From contig CAXXHO010000003.1 of assembly GCA_963667725.2 (NCBI GenBank), positions 672,001 to 736,000 on the forward strand: 64,000 bases of DNA, written 5' to 3'. Origin of the DNA: Treponemataceae bacterium (GTDB lineage Bacteria; Spirochaetota; Spirochaetia; Treponematales; Rectinemataceae). The position numbers and the translations under genes are program-made. The notes below the pieces were generated by a model, which was not told the origin of the DNA, searched no databases, and saw nothing but the letters and a program-made list of their open reading frames with translations. This document shows positions 9,789 to 18,037 of this stretch, piece by piece (position 1 is the stretch's first letter; every line of letters begins with the position of its first letter).

Positions 9789-11513
9789 TTATTCTCGCTC
9801 ATTCACATAGAGATCCACCGGCGCGAAGCGGTCCACGTCGATAAGCCCCACATCAGTGATCTTGAGACTAGAGATCACGGGCAGGGCCATGAAAGAAAGG
9901 GTCATCAGCGGCGAATGGTTCGTCAAGCCTTCGCGGATGAATATTCCCTCGAAAGCGCGAAGCCTCTCGATGACGAAGTCGGCGTTTTGATCGCTCATGA
10001 GGCCGGCTACAGGAAGCGGGAGATCGAGGATTATGTCGTTGCCCACGGCATAGACGAGACCGCCCTTTATCTTGTTGAGGTGCCGGGCCGCCTTGAAAAT
10101 GGAGGTGTTGTCCACGCCAGCGATGATCATGTTGTGCGAGTCGTGGCTGATCGTGCCGCCGATGGCGCCGCGCTTCAGGCCGAGCCCCTTTATGAAACCC
10201 TTGCCGATCCGCCCCGAGCCGATGTGACGCTCGATGACGAATATCTTGATGAGGTCCCGATCCGGATCGGAGACGCATTCGCCGTTCCTTACCGTCGGCT
10301 TTTCCACGAGATGGCCGGTGATGATGGAATCCTGCCTGGCCTCGATGACGCGGATCTTCTTGCCTTGGTCGGGGATGACGAAATCCCCCGCCGTAAGCCA
10401 CTTGATGTTTACCGAGTCCCGGAGCGAAACCTGACGCGGCGGGAAATTTTCCAGGAGAACGCCGTTTTCGGCGATGAGGCGGCCGCGCTTGAACACCATC
10501 TCAGCCCTGAAATCCTCGAATGAGGAAAAAGCGACGAAATCGGCCTTGCATCCCGGCGCGATCACGCCGATGTCTTTCATCCCGAACCATTGGGCGGGGT
10601 TGGCCGCCGCTATCCTGAAGGCGTCCACGGGCGCCACGCCCCCCGCGAGGAGAAGCCTGAGCGCGTGGTCCATGTGACCTTCGTCGCGCAGGTCGTTGGA
10701 ATGCCTGTCGTCCGAGCAGATCATGAATCTGGATATCGAGGAAGGCGTTATGGCAGGGATGAGATGACCCAGGTCGCGGGCCGTCGAGCCCTCCCTGAGC
10801 ATGATGTACATGCCCTTGGACAGCTTTTCCGCCGCTTCCGCGGGCGTTGTGCACTCGTGATCCGAGCCGATTCCGGCCAGTATGTACGCCGAGAGAGCCG
10901 CCCCCGAAAGCCCTGGTGCGTGTCCGTCCACGGGTTTTCGAGCGTTCGTGAAGAGGGCGATCTTGTCCATGAGACGCTGCTCGCGCGCCAGGACGCCCGG
11001 GTAATTCATCACTTCGCCCAGGCCGAGAACCCGCTTGTCCTGGAGAAAAGGGTACATGTCGGAAGCGTAGAGCGCGGCGCCGGCCGTATCGAACTCGGTG
11101 GCCGGCACGCAGGACGGGACCATGAAGAAAATATCGAGGGGAAGGTTGTCCGAGGCCGCCAGCATGAAGCGCATGCCGTCGTAGCCCATGACGTTGACGA
11201 TTTCGTGAGGATCGGCCACCACCGTCGTGGTGCCGTGGGGCAGGACGACGCGGGAATATTCTGCCGGGGTGAGCAGCGACGATTCGATATGGACATGGGC
11301 ATCCACGAGACCCGGGGCGAGGAATTTTCCGCCCAGATCGATCTCGGCCCTGGCTTCGAGACCGTCGTTCACGCCGACGATCCTGCCGCTGCGAACCGAT
11401 ACCGTGGCCTTCGCGATGAAGGTCCCGCCGAGCACGTCGACGATCGTGCAGTTTCTGATGTTGAGGTCGCACGGAACCTTTCCGGCCGCGGTATCGATTA
11501 GGTCTTTGTTCAT
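9789..11513 (-). CDS. ade: Adenine deaminase
   Basis: DAHVHIESS, DPHEI, GEVMN, DHE, REGS, SDD and HDSHN motifs; 574 aa. Confidence 0.93.
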   Translation of the reverse strand: MNKDLIDTAAGKVPCDLNIRNCTIVDVLGGTFIAKATVSVRSGRIVGVNDGLEARAEIDLGGKFLAPGLVDAHVHIESSLLTPAEYSRVVLPHGTTTVVADPHEIVNVMGYDGMRFMLAASDNLPLDIFFMVPSCVPATEFDTAGAALYASDMYPFLQDKRVLGLGEVMNYPGVLAREQRLMDKIALFTNARKPVDGHAPGLSGAALSAYILAGIGSDHECTTPAEAAEKLSKGMYIMLREGSTARDLGHLIPAITPSSISRFMICSDDRHSNDLRDEGHMDHALRLLLAGGVAPVDAFRIAAANPAQWFGMKDIGVIAPGCKADFVAFSSFEDFRAEMVFKRGRLIAENGVLLENFPPRQVSLRDSVNIKWLTAGDFVIPDQGKKIRVIEARQDSIITGHLVEKPTVRNGECVSDPDRDLIKIFVIERHIGSGRIGKGFIKGLGLKRGAIGGTISHDSHNMIIAGVDNTSIFKAARHLNKIKGGLVYAVGNDIILDLPLPVAGLMSDQNADFVIERLRAFEGIFIREGLTNHSPLMTLSFMALPVISSLKITDVGLIDVDRFAPVDLYVNERE

Positions 11514-11544
11514 GCCCGCTCCTCCTCAGAATGCTTAGCTCTCA

Positions 11545-11573
11545 ATGATAGCCGGAAAGCCCTCGGCGCGCAA
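11545..11573 (-). promoter_or_regulatory. Putative sigma70 promoter for the ade-xdh operon
   Basis: Minus strand TTGCGC-N17-TATCAT, about 30 nt upstream of ade. Confidence 0.55.
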
Positions 11574-11599
11574 TGTTTTTCTATGGAAGGCGGGTCATG

Positions 11600-11626
11600 A
11601 AAAAGGGCGTTCCCTCGGGAACGCCC
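11600..11626 (-). terminator. Intrinsic terminator after the ABC permease
   Basis: Minus strand GGGCGTTCCC-GA-GGGAACGCCC followed by TTTTT. Confidence 0.75.
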
Positions 11627-11650
11627 AGTCGTCGCGTCGCCGGAATTCCC

Positions 11651-12604
11651 CTACTTGTCTTCCCTCATATAGGCCTTGCTTAAGGCGGCGGGCGCCCCGA
11701 TCTTCTTCGACAGAGCCTCCCACCAGGTCATGAGCACGAGCACGGCGATCGTCCCCAGATAGGGGAGCATATTGAGGAAGGCGGCGGGGATGTTGGTGCC
11801 CGAAGCCTGGAGCCTGAACTGGACGGCGTTGATTCCGCCGAAAAGCAGGGCGCCCCAGATCGAGCGCGCCGGATTCCACATCGAGAAGATTACGAGGGCC
11901 ACGACGATCCATCCCCGGCCGCCCGTGATGTTCTCGGACCAGCCCGGCGTGTAGGAGAGCGAGAGGTGAGCGCCTCCCAAACCCATGAGGGCGCCCCCAA
12001 GGATCGTGTAGAGATACTTGGACTTGATGACGTCGATGCCCATGGCGTCGGCTGTCTGCGGGTCCTCCCCGATGGAGCGGAGCCACAGGCCGGGCCGCGT
12101 CTTGTAGAGGTAGAACCAGGAAATCGGTATGAGAAGGTAGACGGCATAGGTCAGGATGTCCTGGCTGAAGAGGGCCCCGAGTATGGGAACCTCGGCGACG
12201 GCTTCGAGCTTCAGGGGCGTGAATTTCGCGGCCTTCAGTCCCATGAGGCGCAGGCTGTTGGAGGCCGGTCCCAGGCGCTGGCCGAGGAAGCTCGAGAAGC
12301 CCGTGCCGAAAAGCGTGATCGAGAGGCCGGAGACTACCTGGTTCGCGCGCATAGTCACGGTGAGAAAGGCATGGACCGTCGCCATGGCCGCGCCTACGGC
12401 CGCGGCCACGAGGAGGGCGACCACGAGATTCTGGCTGTAGAAGGAAGCCGCGAAACTCGTCACCGCGCCCATGAGCATGATGCCCTCGATGCCCAGGTTG
12501 AGGATTCCCGCCCGCTCGGTCAGAATCTCGCCAATAGTGGCGAAGATGAGGCTCGTGCCCGCCCTCACCGTGATCGCGAGAATCGAAGTGATAAGGTCCA
12601 TCAC
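11651..12604 (-). CDS. Nucleoside/purine ABC transporter permease
   Basis: ERAGILNLGIEG, GEDPQTADAMGI and GRGW motifs; hydrophobic. Confidence 0.88.
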   Translation of the reverse strand: MMDLITSILAITVRAGTSLIFATIGEILTERAGILNLGIEGIMLMGAVTSFAASFYSQNLVVALLVAAAVGAAMATVHAFLTVTMRANQVVSGLSITLFGTGFSSFLGQRLGPASNSLRLMGLKAAKFTPLKLEAVAEVPILGALFSQDILTYAVYLLIPISWFYLYKTRPGLWLRSIGEDPQTADAMGIDVIKSKYLYTILGGALMGLGGAHLSLSYTPGWSENITGGRGWIVVALVIFSMWNPARSIWGALLFGGINAVQFRLQASGTNIPAAFLNMLPYLGTIAVLVLMTWWEALSKKIGAPAALSKAYMREDK

Positions 12605-13701
12605 GCTTCTCCTTCGACGCAGGCGTCCCTCTGGCCTCGCTTGCCGCGCCCAATTCTCTTTATCCTGTACTCGGTGAAAAGGGAGCCGGCCAGCATGGGG
12701 AAGAGGATGAGGCCCTGCATCACTGTGCCCATGGCGGAAGGCAGTCCCATCATGAGCTGGACCTGGTCGCCGCCGACGAGGATGCCTCCCATAAGCAGGG
12801 CGACGAAGGGAATGGCGATGGGGTTCAGCTGGGACATCCAGGCGATGATGATGGCCGTGAAGCCGTAGCCCAGGTTGAGCCCCTGCTGGAGCCGGTGCGA
12901 GATGCCCGTCACCTCGCAGGCGCCGGCCAGGCCGCAGAATGCTCCCGAAAGGATGACGGCGAGGAAGATATTGCGCTTCACCGCTATGCCCTGATATCGC
13001 GCGGCCTTGGGGCTAGCCCCTATGATCGTCAGCTCGAAGCCCCAGCGCGTCCGTTTGATCACGATCCAGAGAATGACGGCGAGGACGAGAGCGAAGTAGA
13101 TGCCGACGTGCGCCCGCCCGAACAGCCTCGGCAGCCATGCCGTCTCGGGGAAGGGCGCCGAACCCGGGAATCCGTAGCCCTTGGGATCGCGCCAGGGGCC
13201 GTAGTAGAGGTATTCTGCGAAGAGAATCGCCACATAGTTGAGCATCAGGGTGACGAGGGTCTCGTCCACGTTGAGTCTCGTCTTGAGGAAGGCGGGAATG
13301 CTCGCCCAGAGCGCTCCTCCTACGCAGCCGACGATGAGGCAGGCAGGGAGGACGAGGGAGGGAGGAAGACCCGCGCTTTGGAACAGGGCCACCCAGGCCG
13401 CCGCGATGCCGCCGAGCATCAGCTGTCCTTCGGCGCCGATATTCCAGAACTTGAGCTTGAAGGCGAGGGCGACGCCCAGGCCTGTCAGCATCAGGGGAAT
13501 GGCCTTTACGAGGGTTTCCGAAAAGCCGTTGGCCGAACCGAAGGCTCCCTGGAACATCGCGGCGAAGGTCGTGAATGGATTCGTGCGGAAGATGAATAGA
13601 ACCAGGCCCGTCAGGATCAGCGAAACCATGAAGGACGCCGCCGGCACCACGAAAAGAGCCGTCCTGGATATGGATTTTCGTTTTTCGAAGACTATTTTCA
13701 T
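12601..13701 (-). CDS. Nucleoside/purine ABC transporter permease
   Basis: WNIGAEGQ, TLMLNY and GYGF motifs; hydrophobic. Confidence 0.88.
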   Translation of the reverse strand: MKIVFEKRKSISRTALFVVPAASFMVSLILTGLVLFIFRTNPFTTFAAMFQGAFGSANGFSETLVKAIPLMLTGLGVALAFKLKFWNIGAEGQLMLGGIAAAWVALFQSAGLPPSLVLPACLIVGCVGGALWASIPAFLKTRLNVDETLVTLMLNYVAILFAEYLYYGPWRDPKGYGFPGSAPFPETAWLPRLFGRAHVGIYFALVLAVILWIVIKRTRWGFELTIIGASPKAARYQGIAVKRNIFLAVILSGAFCGLAGACEVTGISHRLQQGLNLGYGFTAIIIAWMSQLNPIAIPFVALLMGGILVGGDQVQLMMGLPSAMGTVMQGLILFPMLAGSLFTEYRIKRIGRGKRGQRDACVEGEA

Positions 13702-15260
13702 TATAGGCTCCCCTCGCGTTCCGCCGCTTTTCCCTTCGATTCGGGATCGACGCCCGCCATGAGGAGGCCTAGCGTCTCGGACTCAGCCTCGGCCGCCGGC
13801 AGCAGATCCATGATCCTTCCCTCGAACATGACCGCGATGGTGTCGGCCACCTGAAGCAGCTCGTCGATATCCTCAGAGACGAAGAGCACGCCCAGGCCCT
13901 GGTCACGCTGCGCCACGAGCTGCCTCCGCACCGATTCCGTGGCCCCGATGTCGAGGCCGCGGGAAGGGTAGACGGCGACGAGGAGATTTTTGCACGCGCC
14001 GATCTCCCTCGCGAGGATGGTCTTCTGGATGTTTCCGCCTGAGAGGAATTTCACCTGCGTCTCGGGGCTCGGCGTCATGATCTTAAAGGATTCAATCAGT
14101 TTTCTGGCCATCGAGGCTATGCGCCCGGGCAGCAGGAAAATGCCCGTCGAGAGGGGAGGCTTTCTGTAGCTCTTCATGGCCAGGTTCGAGGCCACGCTCA
14201 TCTCGCCCACGGCCCCTACCGAGGAGCGGTCCTGGGGAATATGGGCGACGCCGGCCCTGATCACCGAGATGGGCGAGGCGTTGGTGACGTCCTTGTTCCC
14301 GACGCTTACCTTGCCCGCGGTGAGGCGCCGCAGTCCGGTGATGACTTCGGCCAGCTCCCGCTGTCCGTTGCCCGCGACGCCTGCTATGCCGACGATCTCG
14401 CCCGAACGGATATTCAGGTCCACTTCCCTCAAGGCCGGCAGGCCCCTGTCATCCTTCGCCGAGACTTTTTCGAGACGCAGGATGACGTCTCCGGGAGAAA
14501 AAGGTTTCTTCTCCAGCTCGAAGAGGATTTCGCGTCCGACCATGAGCCTGGCCAGTTCGGCGGGGCTCGTCCCGGCCGTGGTCACGCCCGCCACCACCTT
14601 TCCGCGCCGCAGGACCATGACCCTGTCGGAGAAGGTCATCACCTCCTCCATCTTGTGGGTGATGAAGACGGCCGATTTCCCCTCGGCGCGCATGAGATGG
14701 ATCACCTTGCTCAGCTCGGCCGACTCCTGAGGCGTCAGGATGGCCGTAGGTTCGTCGAGGATGAGGATCTCGGCCTTGCGGTAGAGAAGCTTGAGGATTT
14801 CCACGCGCTGCTGCTCGCCCACCGAAAGCTGCCAAATCGAGGCTTCGGGGTCGACGCGGAGGTTGTATTTTTCCGAGAGCGCCTCGACTTCCTTCCTCAC
14901 TCGCTTCATGTCCGGGACGAGGGGCTGATCGCGCATCCCCAGGATGATGTTCTCCAGTACCGTCATCGAATCGACGAGCTTGAAGTTCTGGTGGACCATT
15001 CCGATGCCCAAATCCTGAGAATCCTTGGGGCCGCCTATCGAGACGGGCTTGCCCCTGACGAGGATTTCCCCCGAATCCGGCCTGTACAGCCCGCAGAGAA
15101 TATTCATAAGCGTGCTTTTGCCCGCCCCGTTTTCGCCTAGGAGGGCCAGGACTTCTCCAGGAAAAAGCTCCAGGTCGACGCAATCGTTCGCCTGGACGCC
15201 AGGGAAGGACTTGGAGACCGCTCTCATCTCGACGAGGGGCTGCCTGCTGTTTTTTTCCAT
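13701..15260 (-). CDS. ABC transporter ATP-binding protein (two NBDs, CUT2 type)
   Basis: GENGAGKST, LSVGEQQR, LDEPT and LSGGNIQK motifs. Confidence 0.92.
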   Translation of the reverse strand: MEKNSRQPLVEMRAVSKSFPGVQANDCVDLELFPGEVLALLGENGAGKSTLMNILCGLYRPDSGEILVRGKPVSIGGPKDSQDLGIGMVHQNFKLVDSMTVLENIILGMRDQPLVPDMKRVRKEVEALSEKYNLRVDPEASIWQLSVGEQQRVEILKLLYRKAEILILDEPTAILTPQESAELSKVIHLMRAEGKSAVFITHKMEEVMTFSDRVMVLRRGKVVAGVTTAGTSPAELARLMVGREILFELEKKPFSPGDVILRLEKVSAKDDRGLPALREVDLNIRSGEIVGIAGVAGNGQRELAEVITGLRRLTAGKVSVGNKDVTNASPISVIRAGVAHIPQDRSSVGAVGEMSVASNLAMKSYRKPPLSTGIFLLPGRIASMARKLIESFKIMTPSPETQVKFLSGGNIQKTILAREIGACKNLLVAVYPSRGLDIGATESVRRQLVAQRDQGLGVLFVSEDIDELLQVADTIAVMFEGRIMDLLPAAEAESETLGLLMAGVDPESKGKAAEREGSL

Positions 15261-15321
15261 CTGAACTTGCCTTGATTTCCGGATTCTTGAAGGGATTTTT
15301 ATTTTAGATGCTTAAGATTAC

Positions 15322-15357
15322 AAAAAAAGCCGCCCGGGTCCAGGACCCAGGCAGCTC
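15322..15357 (-). terminator. Terminator/attenuator hairpin between the BMP gene and the ATPase
   Basis: Minus strand AGCTGCCTGGGTCC-T-GGACCCGGGCGGCT followed by a T run. Confidence 0.7.
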
Positions 15358-15372
15358 TTTTCAGATCGACGA

Positions 15373-16446
15373 TTACTGAACCTTTCCGACCACGCCTTCG
15401 ACGAACCAATCCATCGAAGCCTGTTTGCCGTCGGGCACAACCTGTCCCGCGGCGTAGACCACTTTTCCGTCCTGACCCTTGAGGGGGCCGGTGAAGATGG
15501 ACCAACCGCCGAGAATCTTTTTCTGCGCGTTCTCGACTTCCTTTTTCACGCTGGCGGGAACCTTCGCGCTGATGTCGGAAATCTTGACGACCTTGTCCTT
15601 GAGTCCGCCCCAGTATTCGTGGCTTTTCCAGGTGCCGTTCAGGGCGTTCTGGATGGTGTCGGTCAGGTAGGTGCTCCACTCCCAGACGGCGCTGGCGAGA
15701 ACGGAATCGCCCACGAATTTGCCCATGTCGGAGTCGTAGCCGATGGAGAGCTTCCCGCGTTCCTGGGCAGCCTTCTGGGGCTCGGTGGTGTCCTGGTGCT
15801 GGGCGATGATGTCGGCGCCGGAATCGAGGAGGGCGACGGCCGCCTCGCGTTCTTTCACGGGGTCATACCAAGTATTGGTCCAGACGACCTTGACCTGGGC
15901 CTTGGGATTGACCGAGCGGACGCCGAGGGTGAATCCGTTGATGCCGCGCACGACCTCGGGAATGGGGAAGGCGGCGACGTAGCCGATGACGTTGGATTTG
16001 GTCATGCGGCCGGCGATGATGCCGGTTAGGTAGCGAGCTTCCTCGATGCGGCCGAAATAGGTGGCCATATTGGGAGCGGTTTTATAGCCCGAGCAGTGCT
16101 CGAATTTGACGTTGGGGAATTCCTTGGCCACGGCGAGCGTCGGATCCATATAGCCGAAGCTGGTGGTGAAGATCATGTCGAAACCGGCCATCGCGTACTG
16201 GCGGATGACGCGCTCGGCGTCGGGGCCTTCGGGGACGTTTTCTATATATTTAGTCTCGATCTGGCTGCCGAATTTCTTCTCGACGGCCAGGCGGCCGCGG
16301 TCCTGCTCATAGGTCCAGCCCATGTCTCCGGGAGGGCCAATGTACACGAAGGCGATCTTAAGCGGTTTTTTTGCCTGGGCGGCCATGGGGGCTACCAGGG
16401 AAAATGTCATGGCCAAAACCATGAGTCCAAGGATCAGCTTTTTCAT
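15373..16446 (-). CDS. BMP-family ABC substrate-binding protein (purine/nucleoside)
   Basis: Signal peptide; GPPGDMGW, TTSFGY, WYDP and QHQD motifs; GGAGGAG SD before ATG 16446. Confidence 0.9.
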   Translation of the reverse strand: MKKLILGLMVLAMTFSLVAPMAAQAKKPLKIAFVYIGPPGDMGWTYEQDRGRLAVEKKFGSQIETKYIENVPEGPDAERVIRQYAMAGFDMIFTTSFGYMDPTLAVAKEFPNVKFEHCSGYKTAPNMATYFGRIEEARYLTGIIAGRMTKSNVIGYVAAFPIPEVVRGINGFTLGVRSVNPKAQVKVVWTNTWYDPVKEREAAVALLDSGADIIAQHQDTTEPQKAAQERGKLSIGYDSDMGKFVGDSVLASAVWEWSTYLTDTIQNALNGTWKSHEYWGGLKDKVVKISDISAKVPASVKKEVENAQKKILGGWSIFTGPLKGQDGKVVYAAGQVVPDGKQASMDWFVEGVVGKVQ

Positions 16447-16518
16447 CGACAACTCCTCCAACCTGACGGATATGCGACGGGAGCACGAAGCTCACGGCGC
16501 GAAGCATGCGCTAGGGTC

Positions 16519-16547
16519 ATACTATCCTCTGGTCAGAGGGCTGTCAA
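16519..16547 (-). promoter_or_regulatory. sigma70 promoter with a palindrome in the spacer
   Basis: Minus strand TTGACA-N17-TAGTAT; the spacer contains CCTCTG-AC-CAGAGG. Confidence 0.7.
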
Positions 16548-16553
16548 TTTATT

Positions 16554-17300
16554 TTATTGGGTGATCCAGGCTTGTTCCGCGCCCTTCACCGATTTCGCGG
16601 CCGAAAGCCACTTGCTCGCTTCGGCGCGGGTGGGGTAGGGGCCTACTCTTACGTTGTAGCGGCTTTTTCCGTCTATATCCTTGACCGTTATCACGGCGGG
16701 GAGGGATTTTTCCGTGAAAGCGCTCTTGAGCGAATCGGCATTGGTCTTGACCGAGAAACTGCCTGCCTGGATCCAGTATTCGCCTGTCGAGGGCTGGGCG
16801 GCGGGGGCGACTTTGGCCGGCGCTTTCGCGACTGTCGTGGTTGTCGGCTTGACGACTGGGGTCGAGGGCGCTTTCTGGACGGGCTTGGGCTGGACCGTCT
16901 TGGCTGTCTCGACGGGAGCGGCCGGCTTTGCTGCGGGGGTCGCCGTGGGTGTCGCGGAAGGTGTCGGCGACGGCGTTGACGTTGGCGTCACATAGATGGT
17001 CGTCGTGGCTGGCTTGGCCTGCTCCACGGGCGCGGACGATTGGCCGGAAGGATCGTTTCCGTACACGATGATGATGTCTCCGCTGCTTGTGGTCTTCGTG
17101 GTCGAGGGATCAGCGGGAGCGTCGGCGAGAAAATCCTGGGGAGAGTCCTGTCGCGGCTCAGCCTTGCCCGTAAGGTCGAAAGGAACTTCCTCGGTGGATT
17201 TGCCGGGAGAGAAAAGAAGGAAGGCCGCGCCTACAACGACAAGCACGAAAAGACTGACGGCGGCCGCCAGCCAGAGCAATTTTTTGGAATTTTCTGCCAT
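16554..17300 (-). CDS. SPOR-domain membrane protein
   Basis: N-terminal TM helix, Pro/Thr-rich linker, C-terminal YWIQAGSF...YNVRVGPY SPOR domain. Confidence 0.85.
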   Translation of the reverse strand: MAENSKKLLWLAAAVSLFVLVVVGAAFLLFSPGKSTEEVPFDLTGKAEPRQDSPQDFLADAPADPSTTKTTSSGDIIIVYGNDPSGQSSAPVEQAKPATTTIYVTPTSTPSPTPSATPTATPAAKPAAPVETAKTVQPKPVQKAPSTPVVKPTTTTVAKAPAKVAPAAQPSTGEYWIQAGSFSVKTNADSLKSAFTEKSLPAVITVKDIDGKSRYNVRVGPYPTRAEASKWLSAAKSVKGAEQAWITQ

Positions 17301-17422
17301 TCAACGACTCCATGAGGTGTCCGGCTTGCCCGCGATTTCATACCGAGGCTTAAGCTTATGTCCGGTTTTTCCTCTTCCATTTAAGAATATCGGAGGCTTT
17401 GGCGGCGAAATATAGGCTTTTT

Positions 17423-18037
17423 TTAGGTTTTAGCGCCGTTGCCGCTGGAAGGCAGAGCGGCAAGAGCCGCCTTGATGCCACGCTCGAGCGCCTCGCGGCT
17501 GCCGGAATTGTCCACGAAGACGACAAGCGGCTTTCCGCCTGGCAGGCTTGTTGGCCTCAGTTTCCACATGGAGCGCTGGCTGGCGATCCGCCTGAGGATG
17601 TCGAGCGTGCCCAGGCCATCGCGCTTGCGGCCGCGCTGGATTCTCTGGCAGAGCGGCGCCCGAACCTCGATGATGAGATCGCAGCGCCGCGCGTAGTCGG
17701 TCCGGTAGAGGAGGGGGGCGTTGACGCAGACCCAGTCGTTCGCCGCGATTTCAGCTTCCATGAGCCCGAGAATGACGGGGTGGACGATGGATTCGTGGAG
17801 GCGCAGGCGTTCGGGATCCGAAAAGACTAACGCGCCCAGGGCCTTCCTGTCGATAGAACCGTCGTCGGCGAGGATTCCCCGGCCGAAGGTCGCGACGAGC
17901 TTATCAGCGCAGAGCCCGAGAGCCCTGTGCGCCAGCCTGTCGGCGTCGACATTGGCGAAGCCCATGGCTTCAAGTATCTCGGCGGCCTGGCTTTTCCCGG
18001 CGCAGTAACCGCCCGTAAGTCCGATTATCCTTTTCAT
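17423..18037 (-). CDS. coaE: Dephospho-CoA kinase
   Basis: IGLTGGYCAGKS P-loop; DAD, IDRKALGALVF and HP motifs; follows polA. Confidence 0.9.
   Translation of the reverse strand: MKRIIGLTGGYCAGKSQAAEILEAMGFANVDADRLAHRALGLCADKLVATFGRGILADDGSIDRKALGALVFSDPERLRLHESIVHPVILGLMEAEIAANDWVCVNAPLLYRTDYARRCDLIIEVRAPLCQRIQRGRKRDGLGTLDILRRIASQRSMWKLRPTSLPGGKPLVVFVDNSGSREALERGIKAALAALPSSGNGAKT

Noticed and set aside
6828..10523. Long plus-strand ORFs (475 and 477 aa) opposite xdhAB/ade
   Set aside because: Antisense shadows of well-supported genes, like many other ORF-track entries
16447..16518. Purine riboswitch ahead of the BMP gene
   Set aside because: The leader is short and lacks the conserved purine-aptamer core sequences
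17387..17415. sigma28-like promoter (CTATA...TCCGATAT) before the SPOR gene
   Set aside because: The -35 match and spacing are off-consensus; too weak to call
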